A stretch of 64,000 bases of DNA, from positions 14,160-78,159 of the forward strand of contig UQLW01000001.1 in NCBI GenBank assembly GCA_900542005.1, read 5' to 3'. The DNA comes from an uncultured Eubacteriales bacterium. Lineage in GTDB: Bacteria; Bacillota; Clostridia; Christensenellales; UMGS416. The notes under the pieces were generated by a model that made no database searches, was not told the origin of the DNA, and was given only the letters and a program-made list of their open reading frames with translations. This document shows positions 37,761-46,443 of this stretch, in pieces (position 1 is the stretch's first letter; every line of letters starts with the position of its first letter). The position numbers and the translations under genes were made by a program.

Positions 37761-37794
37761 AATGCCCGTCCGATTCAACGGACGGGCATTTTTT
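37761..37794. terminator. bidirectional Rho-independent terminator
   Basis: 12-bp stem AATGCCCGTCCG/CGGACGGGCATT flanked by an A-run and a T-run. Confidence 0.75.
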
Positions 37795-37821
37795 GCAGGG
37801 CTGAAGGCTACAGCCCCGGGG

Positions 37822-40155
37822 CTATTCCTCCCACTCCAGGCTGTCCGGCGCGTCCACCTCGATATCCTTACCCTCATCGTCGCAGCGGACGGTCACATAG
37901 ATATCGCCGGCGGGCGTGGGCACAGCGCCTGAAACCTCGCTGAACACCGCTACCGGATCCACCTCAAAGCGGGTAAAGCCCGGCTCCAGGGGACGGACGC
38001 CCAGCACATAGCGCATATACAGATACAGCGGTACCGCCGACCAGCCATGGCAGAGGCTGCCGGCATAGCCGAAATCCTTCTGTCCCAGGATCGTCTCCCA
38101 GAAGGAGGTGGAATCCTGATAGAGCATCATGCCCCAATCCCGGGCGATCTGGTCAAAGACCGCCTTGGCGTAGGCCTCGCCGCCCATGAGAATCGCCTCG
38201 TATTTGAAGATGGAGTAGCTCAGCGTGCAGGTCACAAGCCCCTCGCCGTCCACCAGCCGCTCCCGCAGCGGCGCTTCCTCGGCCGGGGGCACGATACCGT
38301 CGTACAGGGCCAGGGCCTGGGTCAGCTCCGCCTCGTGCCACTGGCGGCCGTTCTCATAAAAGGTGGCATACAGGCCGCGCTGGGGCTGCCAGAACACCTC
38401 GTTCACCCGCTGGGCCAGGGCCTGGGCCGCCTGCCCATAGCGCTGGGCCGTCTCGCCGTCATCCAGGGCCTGGGCCATCTTGGCGGCGCACTGCAGCGAC
38501 CGGATCAGGAACAGCTGAAGCGGCGCCTCAAAGCGGCTGATCTCCCGGGCGGTATCCTTGGTAATCTCGTCGGCCATGCCGTCGGACCACTCGTAGAAAT
38601 TCCACATGCCCGGGTCGCCGGGCGTTTTCATCAGCCCGTCCTCCATACGGCTCAGGGCCTCGTCAAGGGCCGCCGTAACCCGGTCCCAGCAGCGCTCCAT
38701 CAGGGTGCGGCTGCCGGAATACATCCAGTGCTCATAGATGGCCACCGGCCAGTTGAGCGTAAAGGCGGGGATGCACAGCCCGCTGTGGCAGGGCGCGCAG
38801 ATATCCGAGTACAGCGGGCCCTCAAAGGCGTCCCTGTACAGGCCAAAGCTGGCCTCCGGGAAGGCGTATTCACCGAAGGCATAATAGCCGCACAAGGCCT
38901 GATTGCGGGAATCCGCCACATAGAAGGCCTGCTCCCGCCAGGGCGTATCCTCGTAATGCTCATGCATGCACAGCTCCAGGGTACGGCGGGATACCTCCCA
39001 GATGCGGTTATGCAGGCTGTCGGGACAGGTGAAGCGCCCAGCCAGGGTTACCGGATATTCCCAGGGGGCCATGCCGGCATAATGCAGCGTCACCGGCGCG
39101 CCGGCGCGGGCGAAGTGCAGCTGCATATAGCGCCCGCCCATGCGGCGGAAGGGGCAGAAGAAACGCTGCCGGCCGGCCCGGGTCACATAGCGGCAGCCAA
39201 AATTGCGCCCACCCACATAGGCGCGCACCCTAAGATCCGTCAGGTGCTGGCCCCAGGCCACCTCCACCTCTACGCCTTCCGGCGCCTCCAGGTCCAGCTC
39301 AAAGAGCCCGGCTTCCTCGCGGCCCATATCCAGCACCAGGTAGAACCCGTCGCTGCCCTGGTAGGCCTCAGGCTTCACCGTCACCGGGCCGCGGCCCAGA
39401 TAGACCTCCGTGGCAAAGGGCAGCGCCTCGACCCCGCTGGCAAAGAGCGCCTGAGGGGCAAGCGGCGAAAGATAATCCGTATAGATCCGGCGGGCGGCCG
39501 TCGGCTCCAAGGGCTGCTTATGGATGAACTGCCCCTGGGCGACCACCTCCGGCTGGATCCGCTCCTTGAGCACCAGCTTCTCCACCGGGCGGGGCTCCGT
39601 GTCGCGGCGATACAGCTCGCCCGTCATGACCTGGGCCTTCTTCCAGCCCTTGGGCCGGTAGCCCTCCTCCAGCCAGCCGTCCTCCTGCCGCCCGTCGGCC
39701 TCAAAGGCGAAGCCAAGCTGCCCGGTTATCAGCGGCGACACGCCGCTGGCATAGACCGGATTGACCCGGCACAGCGTATCCGGCCCGCTGGCGGCCAGCA
39801 CACCCTCCCGGTCGTAGAGCGCATAGATGACGCCCGGCGCGCCGGTGATATACTGATGGCTGCCCTTGCCCTGGTAATAGGCTGTAACGGCGATACGGTT
39901 CACGCCGGCCTGCAGGTATTCAGCCACATCCAGGATATCGTGGGTGCGATGGGCGGGGAAGTCGTCATAATGCCCGGCATCCACCCATCTGCCGTTGATC
40001 CATACCGAATAATCGCTGTCCACCGAGATCATAAGCTGTGCGGTGGCGGGCGCCGTTTTCAGCGTCAGCTCCGTCAGGAAGTCGGCGTACTGGTCATCCC
40101 CCTGTGCCTTGGGGACCCATATCCACTGGGCCCGTGCCTTTTCAAAATCCATCAC
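37822..40155 (-). CDS. GH78-like alpha-L-rhamnosidase family protein (six-hairpin catalytic domain)
   Basis: 777 aa. N-terminal AQWIWVP...FLTELTL pattern; HYEDTPWREQAFYVADSRNQ and SLCHGWSAVPLYLYMRYVLGVRPLEPGF, typical of the Bac_rhamnosid 6-hairpin and C-terminal regions. Confidence 0.72.
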   Translation of the reverse strand: MMDFEKARAQWIWVPKAQGDDQYADFLTELTLKTAPATAQLMISVDSDYSVWINGRWVDAGHYDDFPAHRTHDILDVAEYLQAGVNRIAVTAYYQGKGSHQYITGAPGVIYALYDREGVLAASGPDTLCRVNPVYASGVSPLITGQLGFAFEADGRQEDGWLEEGYRPKGWKKAQVMTGELYRRDTEPRPVEKLVLKERIQPEVVAQGQFIHKQPLEPTAARRIYTDYLSPLAPQALFASGVEALPFATEVYLGRGPVTVKPEAYQGSDGFYLVLDMGREEAGLFELDLEAPEGVEVEVAWGQHLTDLRVRAYVGGRNFGCRYVTRAGRQRFFCPFRRMGGRYMQLHFARAGAPVTLHYAGMAPWEYPVTLAGRFTCPDSLHNRIWEVSRRTLELCMHEHYEDTPWREQAFYVADSRNQALCGYYAFGEYAFPEASFGLYRDAFEGPLYSDICAPCHSGLCIPAFTLNWPVAIYEHWMYSGSRTLMERCWDRVTAALDEALSRMEDGLMKTPGDPGMWNFYEWSDGMADEITKDTAREISRFEAPLQLFLIRSLQCAAKMAQALDDGETAQRYGQAAQALAQRVNEVFWQPQRGLYATFYENGRQWHEAELTQALALYDGIVPPAEEAPLRERLVDGEGLVTCTLSYSIFKYEAILMGGEAYAKAVFDQIARDWGMMLYQDSTSFWETILGQKDFGYAGSLCHGWSAVPLYLYMRYVLGVRPLEPGFTRFEVDPVAVFSEVSGAVPTPAGDIYVTVRCDDEGKDIEVDAPDSLEWEE

Positions 40156-41819
40156 TGAATCCCTCCTATGATCCTACCCATATCCTCCGCCAGCGCGTCG
40201 GCCAGCGCTCCGCTCGTGGCGGAAACGTAGTATTTAATCTTCGGCTCCGTACCCGAAGGGCGCAGCGCAACCCAGCCATCCTCCACAAAAAGCTTCAGCA
40301 CGTCGCTTTTAGGCAGATCAAGGGGGCTTTGGCTGCCGTCCGCTTCGGTCACGACGGACAGCAGGTAATCCTCCCGCCGCAGCACCGGGCGCCCGGCTAT
40401 CGTGTCCACGCCCTGCTGGCGCAGCGCCGTCATGATGGCGCGGATGCGCTGGGCAAAGCCCAGGGGCGGAAGCTGCTGCGTCACCAGGCGCTCCCGGTAA
40501 TCGCCCGTCTCACGCCGGAGCTCCTCCAGCCGGTCAGCCAGGGTTTTGCCCTGAAGGCTCAGCTCCAGCGCCATGCGGGCGATGGCGCCGGCCGCCCACA
40601 CCGCATCCTTATCCCGGGCCAGCGCACCGGAAAGATAGCCATAGCTCTCCTCATAGCCCAGCAGGAAGTGAATCCCCTCAGCCTCCAGCTGGTCGGCCAG
40701 GTCAGCGATGAACTTAAAGCCCGTCAGCACCCGTCTGACCTGCACCCCGCGCCGCCGGGCGATGGCCTCGCCCATATCGCCGGATACGATGGTGGTGATG
40801 ATGGCGGCCCGCGCCGGATCGCCGCCGGAGGCCAGGTATTGGCCGATCTGGTAATCGGTCAAAAGCGCGCCGATTTCATTGCCGGTCAGGGCGATAAAGC
40901 GCCCGTCCCGCTCCACCTGCACGCCCACCCGGTCGCTGTCCGGGTCGGTGGCCAGCAGCATCCGCGCGCCGGCGGCCTTCGCCGCCGCCAGCGCCTGCCC
41001 ATAGACCTCGGGCAGCTCGGGATTCGGCGCCCGCAGCCCGCCGAAGTCCGGATCCGGCTCCAGCTCCACCGCTGTAAGCTGCGTAAAGCCCAGCATGGCC
41101 AGCGCTTCGGTCACCCATCCCGCGCCGCTGCCATGCAGCGCCGAATAGACCAGCGGGAACCCGGCGGCCGCCTTCGCCAGCGCAGGCGTGCGAAGCATGC
41201 TTGCCAGCCCCTCCAGGTAAGCGGCCTTCAGCCCCTGGCCATGCGCGGTAATCCCCGCGTCGTCCTGCTGGGATTGAGCGGAAAAGAATTCGGTCAGCTG
41301 CATCCGGCCATAAATACGGGCCGCCGCCTCCGGCCCCAGCTGCACGCCCCGGCTGTCGTAAACCTTATAGCCATTATACTGCGGCGGGTTGTGGCTGGCC
41401 GTAATCACCACACCCCAATCGCAGCCCAGCAGCCGCACGGCAAAGGACAGCGCCGGCGTAGGCGCGGCGTCGTCATAAATATGCGCCCGGCAGCCGTTGG
41501 CCGCCAGCACCCGCGCGGCCTGCCAGGCCAGCTCCCGGCTTTGCCGCCGGGTATCATAGGCAACGGCCACCTGCGGCGTAGGCTTGTCCTCCAGCGCCAC
41601 CTCGGCCAGCGCCTGGGTAGCGCGCTCCACCGTATACCGGTTCATGCGCCCCGGCCCCATACCCAGCACGCCCCGCAGGCCTCCGGTGCCAAAGGTAAGC
41701 TCCAGGGTAAAGGCCTCCCGGCGCGCGTCATCGTCCATCGCGGCCAGCTCCCCTTCGCCCTCGGCGTCGTGCGCATGCAGATAACGCGCCCAAGTTTCCA
41801 TTGCATCCTGCCAGTCCAT
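40152..41819 (-). CDS. phosphoglucomutase/phosphomannomutase (PgcA-type phosphohexomutase)
   Basis: 555 aa. TASHNPPQYNGYKVY active-site loop and GTGGLRG. The stop overlaps the GH78 start by 4 nt. Confidence 0.9.
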   Translation of the reverse strand: MDWQDAMETWARYLHAHDAEGEGELAAMDDDARREAFTLELTFGTGGLRGVLGMGPGRMNRYTVERATQALAEVALEDKPTPQVAVAYDTRRQSRELAWQAARVLAANGCRAHIYDDAAPTPALSFAVRLLGCDWGVVITASHNPPQYNGYKVYDSRGVQLGPEAAARIYGRMQLTEFFSAQSQQDDAGITAHGQGLKAAYLEGLASMLRTPALAKAAAGFPLVYSALHGSGAGWVTEALAMLGFTQLTAVELEPDPDFGGLRAPNPELPEVYGQALAAAKAAGARMLLATDPDSDRVGVQVERDGRFIALTGNEIGALLTDYQIGQYLASGGDPARAAIITTIVSGDMGEAIARRRGVQVRRVLTGFKFIADLADQLEAEGIHFLLGYEESYGYLSGALARDKDAVWAAGAIARMALELSLQGKTLADRLEELRRETGDYRERLVTQQLPPLGFAQRIRAIMTALRQQGVDTIAGRPVLRREDYLLSVVTEADGSQSPLDLPKSDVLKLFVEDGWVALRPSGTEPKIKYYVSATSGALADALAEDMGRIIGGIQ

Positions 41820-42002
41820 GAAAGCCTCCTTTCGCGCGGCCCGCCCCTCGCCGGGCGCGGCCTTTTATTTATTCACCGTCCATGGTCTACTCTCCTGCCT
41901 ACAAGGTCAAATCATCCCATGTTCTTCCGCCCGGCCAGGCGGTATGATGGGGCTGTACCGTCGGGGCGCGCCGCGCTCCCTGAAAAAGGAGGAATTCATT
42001 CC

Positions 42003-45000
42003 GTGCTGTATCCCAAAAATGAGGAAACGACGCTCAAGGCCGGCCTTTTCGCCGACCCAACGTGCGAATACCGTGGCACGCCCTTCTGGGCCTGGAACGC
42101 CCGGCTGGACGCCGGCGAGCTCAAGCGTCAGATCGACGTGATGAAAAAGATGGGCCTGGGCGGCTTCCATATGCATGTGCGCTCCGGCATGGCCACGCCC
42201 TACCTCTCCCCGGAATTTATGGAACTCATCCATACCTGCGTAGAGAAGGCCCGGGAGAACCAGATGCTGGCCTGGCTCTACGACGAGGACCGCTGGCCCT
42301 CCGGCGCGGCCGGCGGCATTGTCACCCGCGATAAGGCCTACCGCTCCCGCTACCTGCTCTTCACCCCTGTGCCCTATGGCCAGGGCAGCACCAACGCGGA
42401 AACCGATTCCTCGGCAAGGGCCTCCCGCCAGGAGAACGGCGTGCTGCTGGCCCGTTACCGGGTAACCCTCAGGGATGGCCTGCTGGCCGGCTATGAGCTG
42501 CTGGCCCCCGATGCGCCCGACGAGTCCGGCCTGTGGTATGCCTACCGGGAGACCCAGGGCGAGAATCCCTGGTATAATAACCAGGCCTACCTCGACACCC
42601 TGAATCCCAAGGCCGTGCAGCGCTTTATCGAGGTAACCCACGAGGCCTATGCCCGCGAGGTGGGCGGCGATTTTGGCGGCGTGGTGCCGGCCATCTTCAC
42701 CGACGAGCCCCAGTTCACCCGCAAGAGCACACTGGGCTTCGCCGAGGCCCAGGAGGACGTCACCCTGCCCTATACCGACGACTTCCCCGAAACCTACCGG
42801 GCCGCCTACGGCGAGGACTTCTTCGCTACGCTGCCGGAGCTGATCTGGGATCTGCCCGAGGGCAAAATTTCTGTACCCCGTTACCGCTATCATGACCATG
42901 TGGCCGAGCGCTTCTCCAGCGCCTTTGCCGACCAGATCGGCGGCTGGTGCAAGGCCCATGGCCTGATGCTGACCGGGCACATGATGGAGGAGCCCACCCT
43001 GGAGAGCCAGACTGCCGCCCTGGGCGAGGCCATGCGCTCCTACCGCTCCTTCCAGCTTCCCGGCATCGACATGCTCTGCGACCGCAGGGAGTTTACCACC
43101 GCCAAGCAGGCCGCCTCGGCCACCCATCAGTATGGATACCCCGGCGTGCTGTCGGAGCTTTACGGCGTGACCAACTGGGACTTCGACTGGCGGGGCCATA
43201 AGCTGCAGGGCGACTGGCAGGCGGCGCTGGGCGTCACCGTCCGGGTCCATCATCTGGCCTGGGTCTCCATGAACGGCGAGGCCAAGCGCGACTATCCCGC
43301 CTCCATCAACTACCAGTCCCCCTGGTACGACCGCTACAGCTATGTGGAGGATTATTTCTCCCGGCTCAACACCGCCCTGACCCGGGGCAAGCCCCTCGTC
43401 TCTGTGGGCGTTGTGCACCCTGTCGAGAGCTATTGGCTCCACTGGGGCCCGCGGGAGCAGACTGCCGCCATCCGCGATGAAATGGACCGTCATTTCCAGG
43501 ATATGTGCTCCTGGCTTGTGACGGGCATGATCGACTTTGACTACATCAGCGAATCGCTGCTGCCCAGCCAGTGCCCCAAGGCCGGCGCCCCCCTGGCCGT
43601 GGGGCAGATGGCCTATGAAACCCTGATCGTTCCCGGCTGCGAGACGCTGCGCTCCAGCACGGTCGAGCGCCTGGAGGCCTTTGCCGATGCCGGGGGCAAG
43701 CTCATCTTCGCCGGCCGTATTCCCTCCCTGGTGGACGCTATCCCCTCCGACCGTGTCCAGCGGCTGGCCTGCCGCGCCCAGTGCGTGGCCTTCTCCCAGG
43801 AGGCGCTGCTGGAGGCGCTGGAGGACCGCCGGCAGGTGGACGTGCGCACCACCGACGGCGCCCGCACCGGGAAGTATCTCCATCAGCTGCGGCAGGATGG
43901 CGAGTCGCGCTGGTTCTTCCTGGCCCATACGGATAATCCCGACAATCCCGACGTCACCCGTCCCGACCAGCTGCGCCTCTGCTTCAAGGGCCGCCATGTC
44001 CCGGTGCAGTATGACGCGCTGACCGGGCGCATCGCCGCGCTGCCCTACCGCTACGAGGGCGGGAACACCCTGCTGGACTGGTCCATGGACGTCCATGATT
44101 CGCTGCTCATCCAGCTGCGGCCCGAGGGCGCCTGCCTGGGCGACCTGGACGCGGCGGAGCCGGCCGGCGCCTTTGGCGTGCTGGGCAACAAGCCCCGCGA
44201 GCCCATGTGCAGCGGCACCCTGGAAACGCCCGAGGTCATCGACCGCGAGGGCATACCGGTAGCCCCCTGGGCGGACGCCGGGCTGGAAGAGGACAATGTA
44301 CTGCTCCTGGATATGGCCTGCTGGAAGCTGGATGGCGGCGAGTGGCAGCCCCGCGAGGAAATCCTCCGCCTGGATAATGCCTGCCGGGCGCTGGTAGGCT
44401 GGCCTTCGCGCTTCTCCGCCTTTGCCCAGCCCTGGGTAACCGCCGAGGAGAAGCATGTGGATCCCAAGCACACGCTGACGCTGAGGTTCCCCTTTGAGAG
44501 CGATATCGCCGTATCGGGCAGCGCGCTGGCGCTGGAGAACCGCGCCCGCACCGAAATCTACTTTGACGGGGTAAAGCTGGATAACCGGGCCGATGGATGG
44601 TATGTGGATAAGTGCATGGAGCGGGTCAACCTGCCTGATTTTGACGCCGGCGCCCACGAGATCACCCTGGTCATCGACTACACCCGCGACGCCGATGTGG
44701 AGGCCTGCTATCTGGTGGGCCGCTTCGGCGTGGACGCCCTGGGCAGCCAGAGCCGCATCGTGTCCGCGCCCGATAAGCTCTATTTCACCGATATCACCCG
44801 CCAACATCTGGCCTTCTACGGCGGCAATGTGCGCTACAGCTTTGCCGTACCCGGCGGCGGCGTCCTGGAGATCCCCCATTGGCGCGGCGCGGCCCTCACC
44901 GTGGAGGCAGATGGCCGCGACCTGGGCGTCGTCGCCTATGCGCCCTACCGGATCCGCATCCCCGAGGGCGCCCGCCAGGTGACCGTTACCTGCATGGGCA

Positions 45001-45164
45001 ACCGGTTCAACACCTTTGGCCAGCTGCACTATTGGGAGGTCGACAAGCTTTGGTACGGCCCCGACAGCTGGCGCACCAAGGGCAAGAACTGGTCCTATGA
45101 ATACCTGCTGCGGCCCGCCGGCATCCTGAGCGCCCCCGTATTCTACCCCGACGCCTCGAAATAA
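42003..45164 (+). CDS. large glycoside hydrolase, family not assignable by eye (paralog 2)
   Basis: 1053 aa from GTG 42003, with GGAGG (41988-41992) 10 nt upstream. YRGTPFWAWNARLDAGELKRQIDVMKKMGLGGFHMHVRSGM and WLYDEDRWPSGAAGG. The upstream part of the 1708-aa ORF is antisense to pgm. Confidence 0.7.
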   Translation: MLYPKNEETTLKAGLFADPTCEYRGTPFWAWNARLDAGELKRQIDVMKKMGLGGFHMHVRSGMATPYLSPEFMELIHTCVEKARENQMLAWLYDEDRWPSGAAGGIVTRDKAYRSRYLLFTPVPYGQGSTNAETDSSARASRQENGVLLARYRVTLRDGLLAGYELLAPDAPDESGLWYAYRETQGENPWYNNQAYLDTLNPKAVQRFIEVTHEAYAREVGGDFGGVVPAIFTDEPQFTRKSTLGFAEAQEDVTLPYTDDFPETYRAAYGEDFFATLPELIWDLPEGKISVPRYRYHDHVAERFSSAFADQIGGWCKAHGLMLTGHMMEEPTLESQTAALGEAMRSYRSFQLPGIDMLCDRREFTTAKQAASATHQYGYPGVLSELYGVTNWDFDWRGHKLQGDWQAALGVTVRVHHLAWVSMNGEAKRDYPASINYQSPWYDRYSYVEDYFSRLNTALTRGKPLVSVGVVHPVESYWLHWGPREQTAAIRDEMDRHFQDMCSWLVTGMIDFDYISESLLPSQCPKAGAPLAVGQMAYETLIVPGCETLRSSTVERLEAFADAGGKLIFAGRIPSLVDAIPSDRVQRLACRAQCVAFSQEALLEALEDRRQVDVRTTDGARTGKYLHQLRQDGESRWFFLAHTDNPDNPDVTRPDQLRLCFKGRHVPVQYDALTGRIAALPYRYEGGNTLLDWSMDVHDSLLIQLRPEGACLGDLDAAEPAGAFGVLGNKPREPMCSGTLETPEVIDREGIPVAPWADAGLEEDNVLLLDMACWKLDGGEWQPREEILRLDNACRALVGWPSRFSAFAQPWVTAEEKHVDPKHTLTLRFPFESDIAVSGSALALENRARTEIYFDGVKLDNRADGWYVDKCMERVNLPDFDAGAHEITLVIDYTRDADVEACYLVGRFGVDALGSQSRIVSAPDKLYFTDITRQHLAFYGGNVRYSFAVPGGGVLEIPHWRGAALTVEADGRDLGVVAYAPYRIRIPEGARQVTVTCMGNRFNTFGQLHYWEVDKLWYGPDSWRTKGKNWSYEYLLRPAGILSAPVFYPDASK

Positions 45165-45207
45165 CGCACGGACCGGCCTAAACCGTCCGGGAGAGGAGCC
45201 GACCATC

Positions 45208-46365
45208 ATGAGAACCATCGACGCCGCGGCCCATAATCCACGCCAGCAGAAGCTATGGGAGGATTTTGAAGCGGGCTGCCCCAGCCGCACCCCGGTCATC
45301 CTGGGCATTAACCCCCGCTATTACGCAGGCCTGCCCGAGGTCAACGTACACGGGATATCCTTCAAGGAATATACCGAGGATCCCGCCGTGATGATGGACT
45401 ATCAGTGCCGCTGCGAGGAATACCGCCGCCTCTATATCCCCTTTGACGAGGAAAAAGGCATGCCCGAATTCTGGTCGCCCTATGTGGACTGGCAGAATTT
45501 TTATGATGCCGCCTGGTGGGGGGCCGAGGTGGTCTTTATCGCCGGCAATGTGCCCGATACCCACCCCTTTCTGACCGATGATAACAAATATGCCGTCCTG
45601 GACGCCGGGGCTCCCGCCCCGGACGCCCGGTGGATGGGCAAGGCCCTGGAATACTATGAGCGCATGCTGAAGCTGGCCAAGGGCTTCACCTATCAGGGGA
45701 TTCCCGCAAAGGTTCAGCTGCCCCATGTGCTGATGAGCTTTGACGGGCCCTTTACCGTGGCCTGCAACATCCGCGGCGCGTCTCAGATCTGTCTGGATCT
45801 GTACGAGGACCCGGACTATGCCCACCAGCTGCTGGAGCTGATCACGGAAGCGACCATTGCCCGTATCCTCTATTGGCGCAGGGCCTTCGGCCTGCCCGAG
45901 CGGTCCCCGGGGCACGGCTTTGCCGATGACAGCATCGCGCTTCTTTCCCCCGCCATGTATAAGAAGTTCGTGCTGCCCTGCCATAAGCGGATGATGGAGG
46001 CCCTGGGCGATGGCGTACACAGCAACGCCGTCCATCTCTGCGGCGATGCCTCCCGCCATTTCCTCACCATCCGCGATGAACTCAACGTCAAGAGCTTTGA
46101 TACCGGCTATCCCATCGACCATGCCAAGATGGCCGAGGCGCTGGGGCCCGACGTCCGCATCAACGGGGGCCCCCATGTGGAGCTGCTGCGGCTCTCCACG
46201 CCCGCAGCCGTCAAGGCCGAGTGCCGGCGTATCCTGGAATCGGTGAAGCCCTTCACCCGGCGCTTCGTGCTGCGCGAGGGCAACAACCTGCCGCCGGGCG
46301 TACCGCTGGAAAACCTGTGGGCCATGTATGAGGCCGCTGAGGAGTACGGCGCCTATCCCTGCTGA
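45208..46365 (+). CDS. uroporphyrinogen decarboxylase (URO-D/MtaA-like) family protein
   Basis: 385 aa, with the overall URO-D-fold pattern (FDGPFTVACNIRG..., FADDSIALLSP, HLCGD). Begins 43 nt after the paralog 2 stop. Confidence 0.7.
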   Translation: MRTIDAAAHNPRQQKLWEDFEAGCPSRTPVILGINPRYYAGLPEVNVHGISFKEYTEDPAVMMDYQCRCEEYRRLYIPFDEEKGMPEFWSPYVDWQNFYDAAWWGAEVVFIAGNVPDTHPFLTDDNKYAVLDAGAPAPDARWMGKALEYYERMLKLAKGFTYQGIPAKVQLPHVLMSFDGPFTVACNIRGASQICLDLYEDPDYAHQLLELITEATIARILYWRRAFGLPERSPGHGFADDSIALLSPAMYKKFVLPCHKRMMEALGDGVHSNAVHLCGDASRHFLTIRDELNVKSFDTGYPIDHAKMAEALGPDVRINGGPHVELLRLSTPAAVKAECRRILESVKPFTRRFVLREGNNLPPGVPLENLWAMYEAAEEYGAYPC

Positions 46366-46379
46366 CCTGCATAGCGTGC

Positions 46380-46423
46380 CAAAGGCCGCCTTCCTGCCGA
46401 ACGTGACAGGAAGGCGGCCTTTG
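46380..46423. terminator. bidirectional terminator
   Basis: 17-bp perfect inverted repeat CAAAGGCCGCCTTCCTG/CAGGAAGGCGGCCTTTG. Confidence 0.75.
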
Positions 46424-46443
46424 CTTGTCCGCTGCAGGCTCTC

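Noticed and set aside
40038-42002. N-terminal 655 codons of the 1708-aa plus-strand ORF
   Set aside because: This part is antisense to the phosphoglucomutase gene and reads as Arg/Pro/Gly-rich nonsense. Homology to the paralog begins only after GTG 42003, which has a strong SD.
41907-45308. 1133-aa minus-strand ORF
   Set aside because: It lies exactly antisense to the well-supported glycoside hydrolase gene (42003-45164). Its composition is Gly/Ala/Pro/Arg-rich low-complexity, as expected for GC-rich shadow frames, and it has no SD and no recognisable motif.
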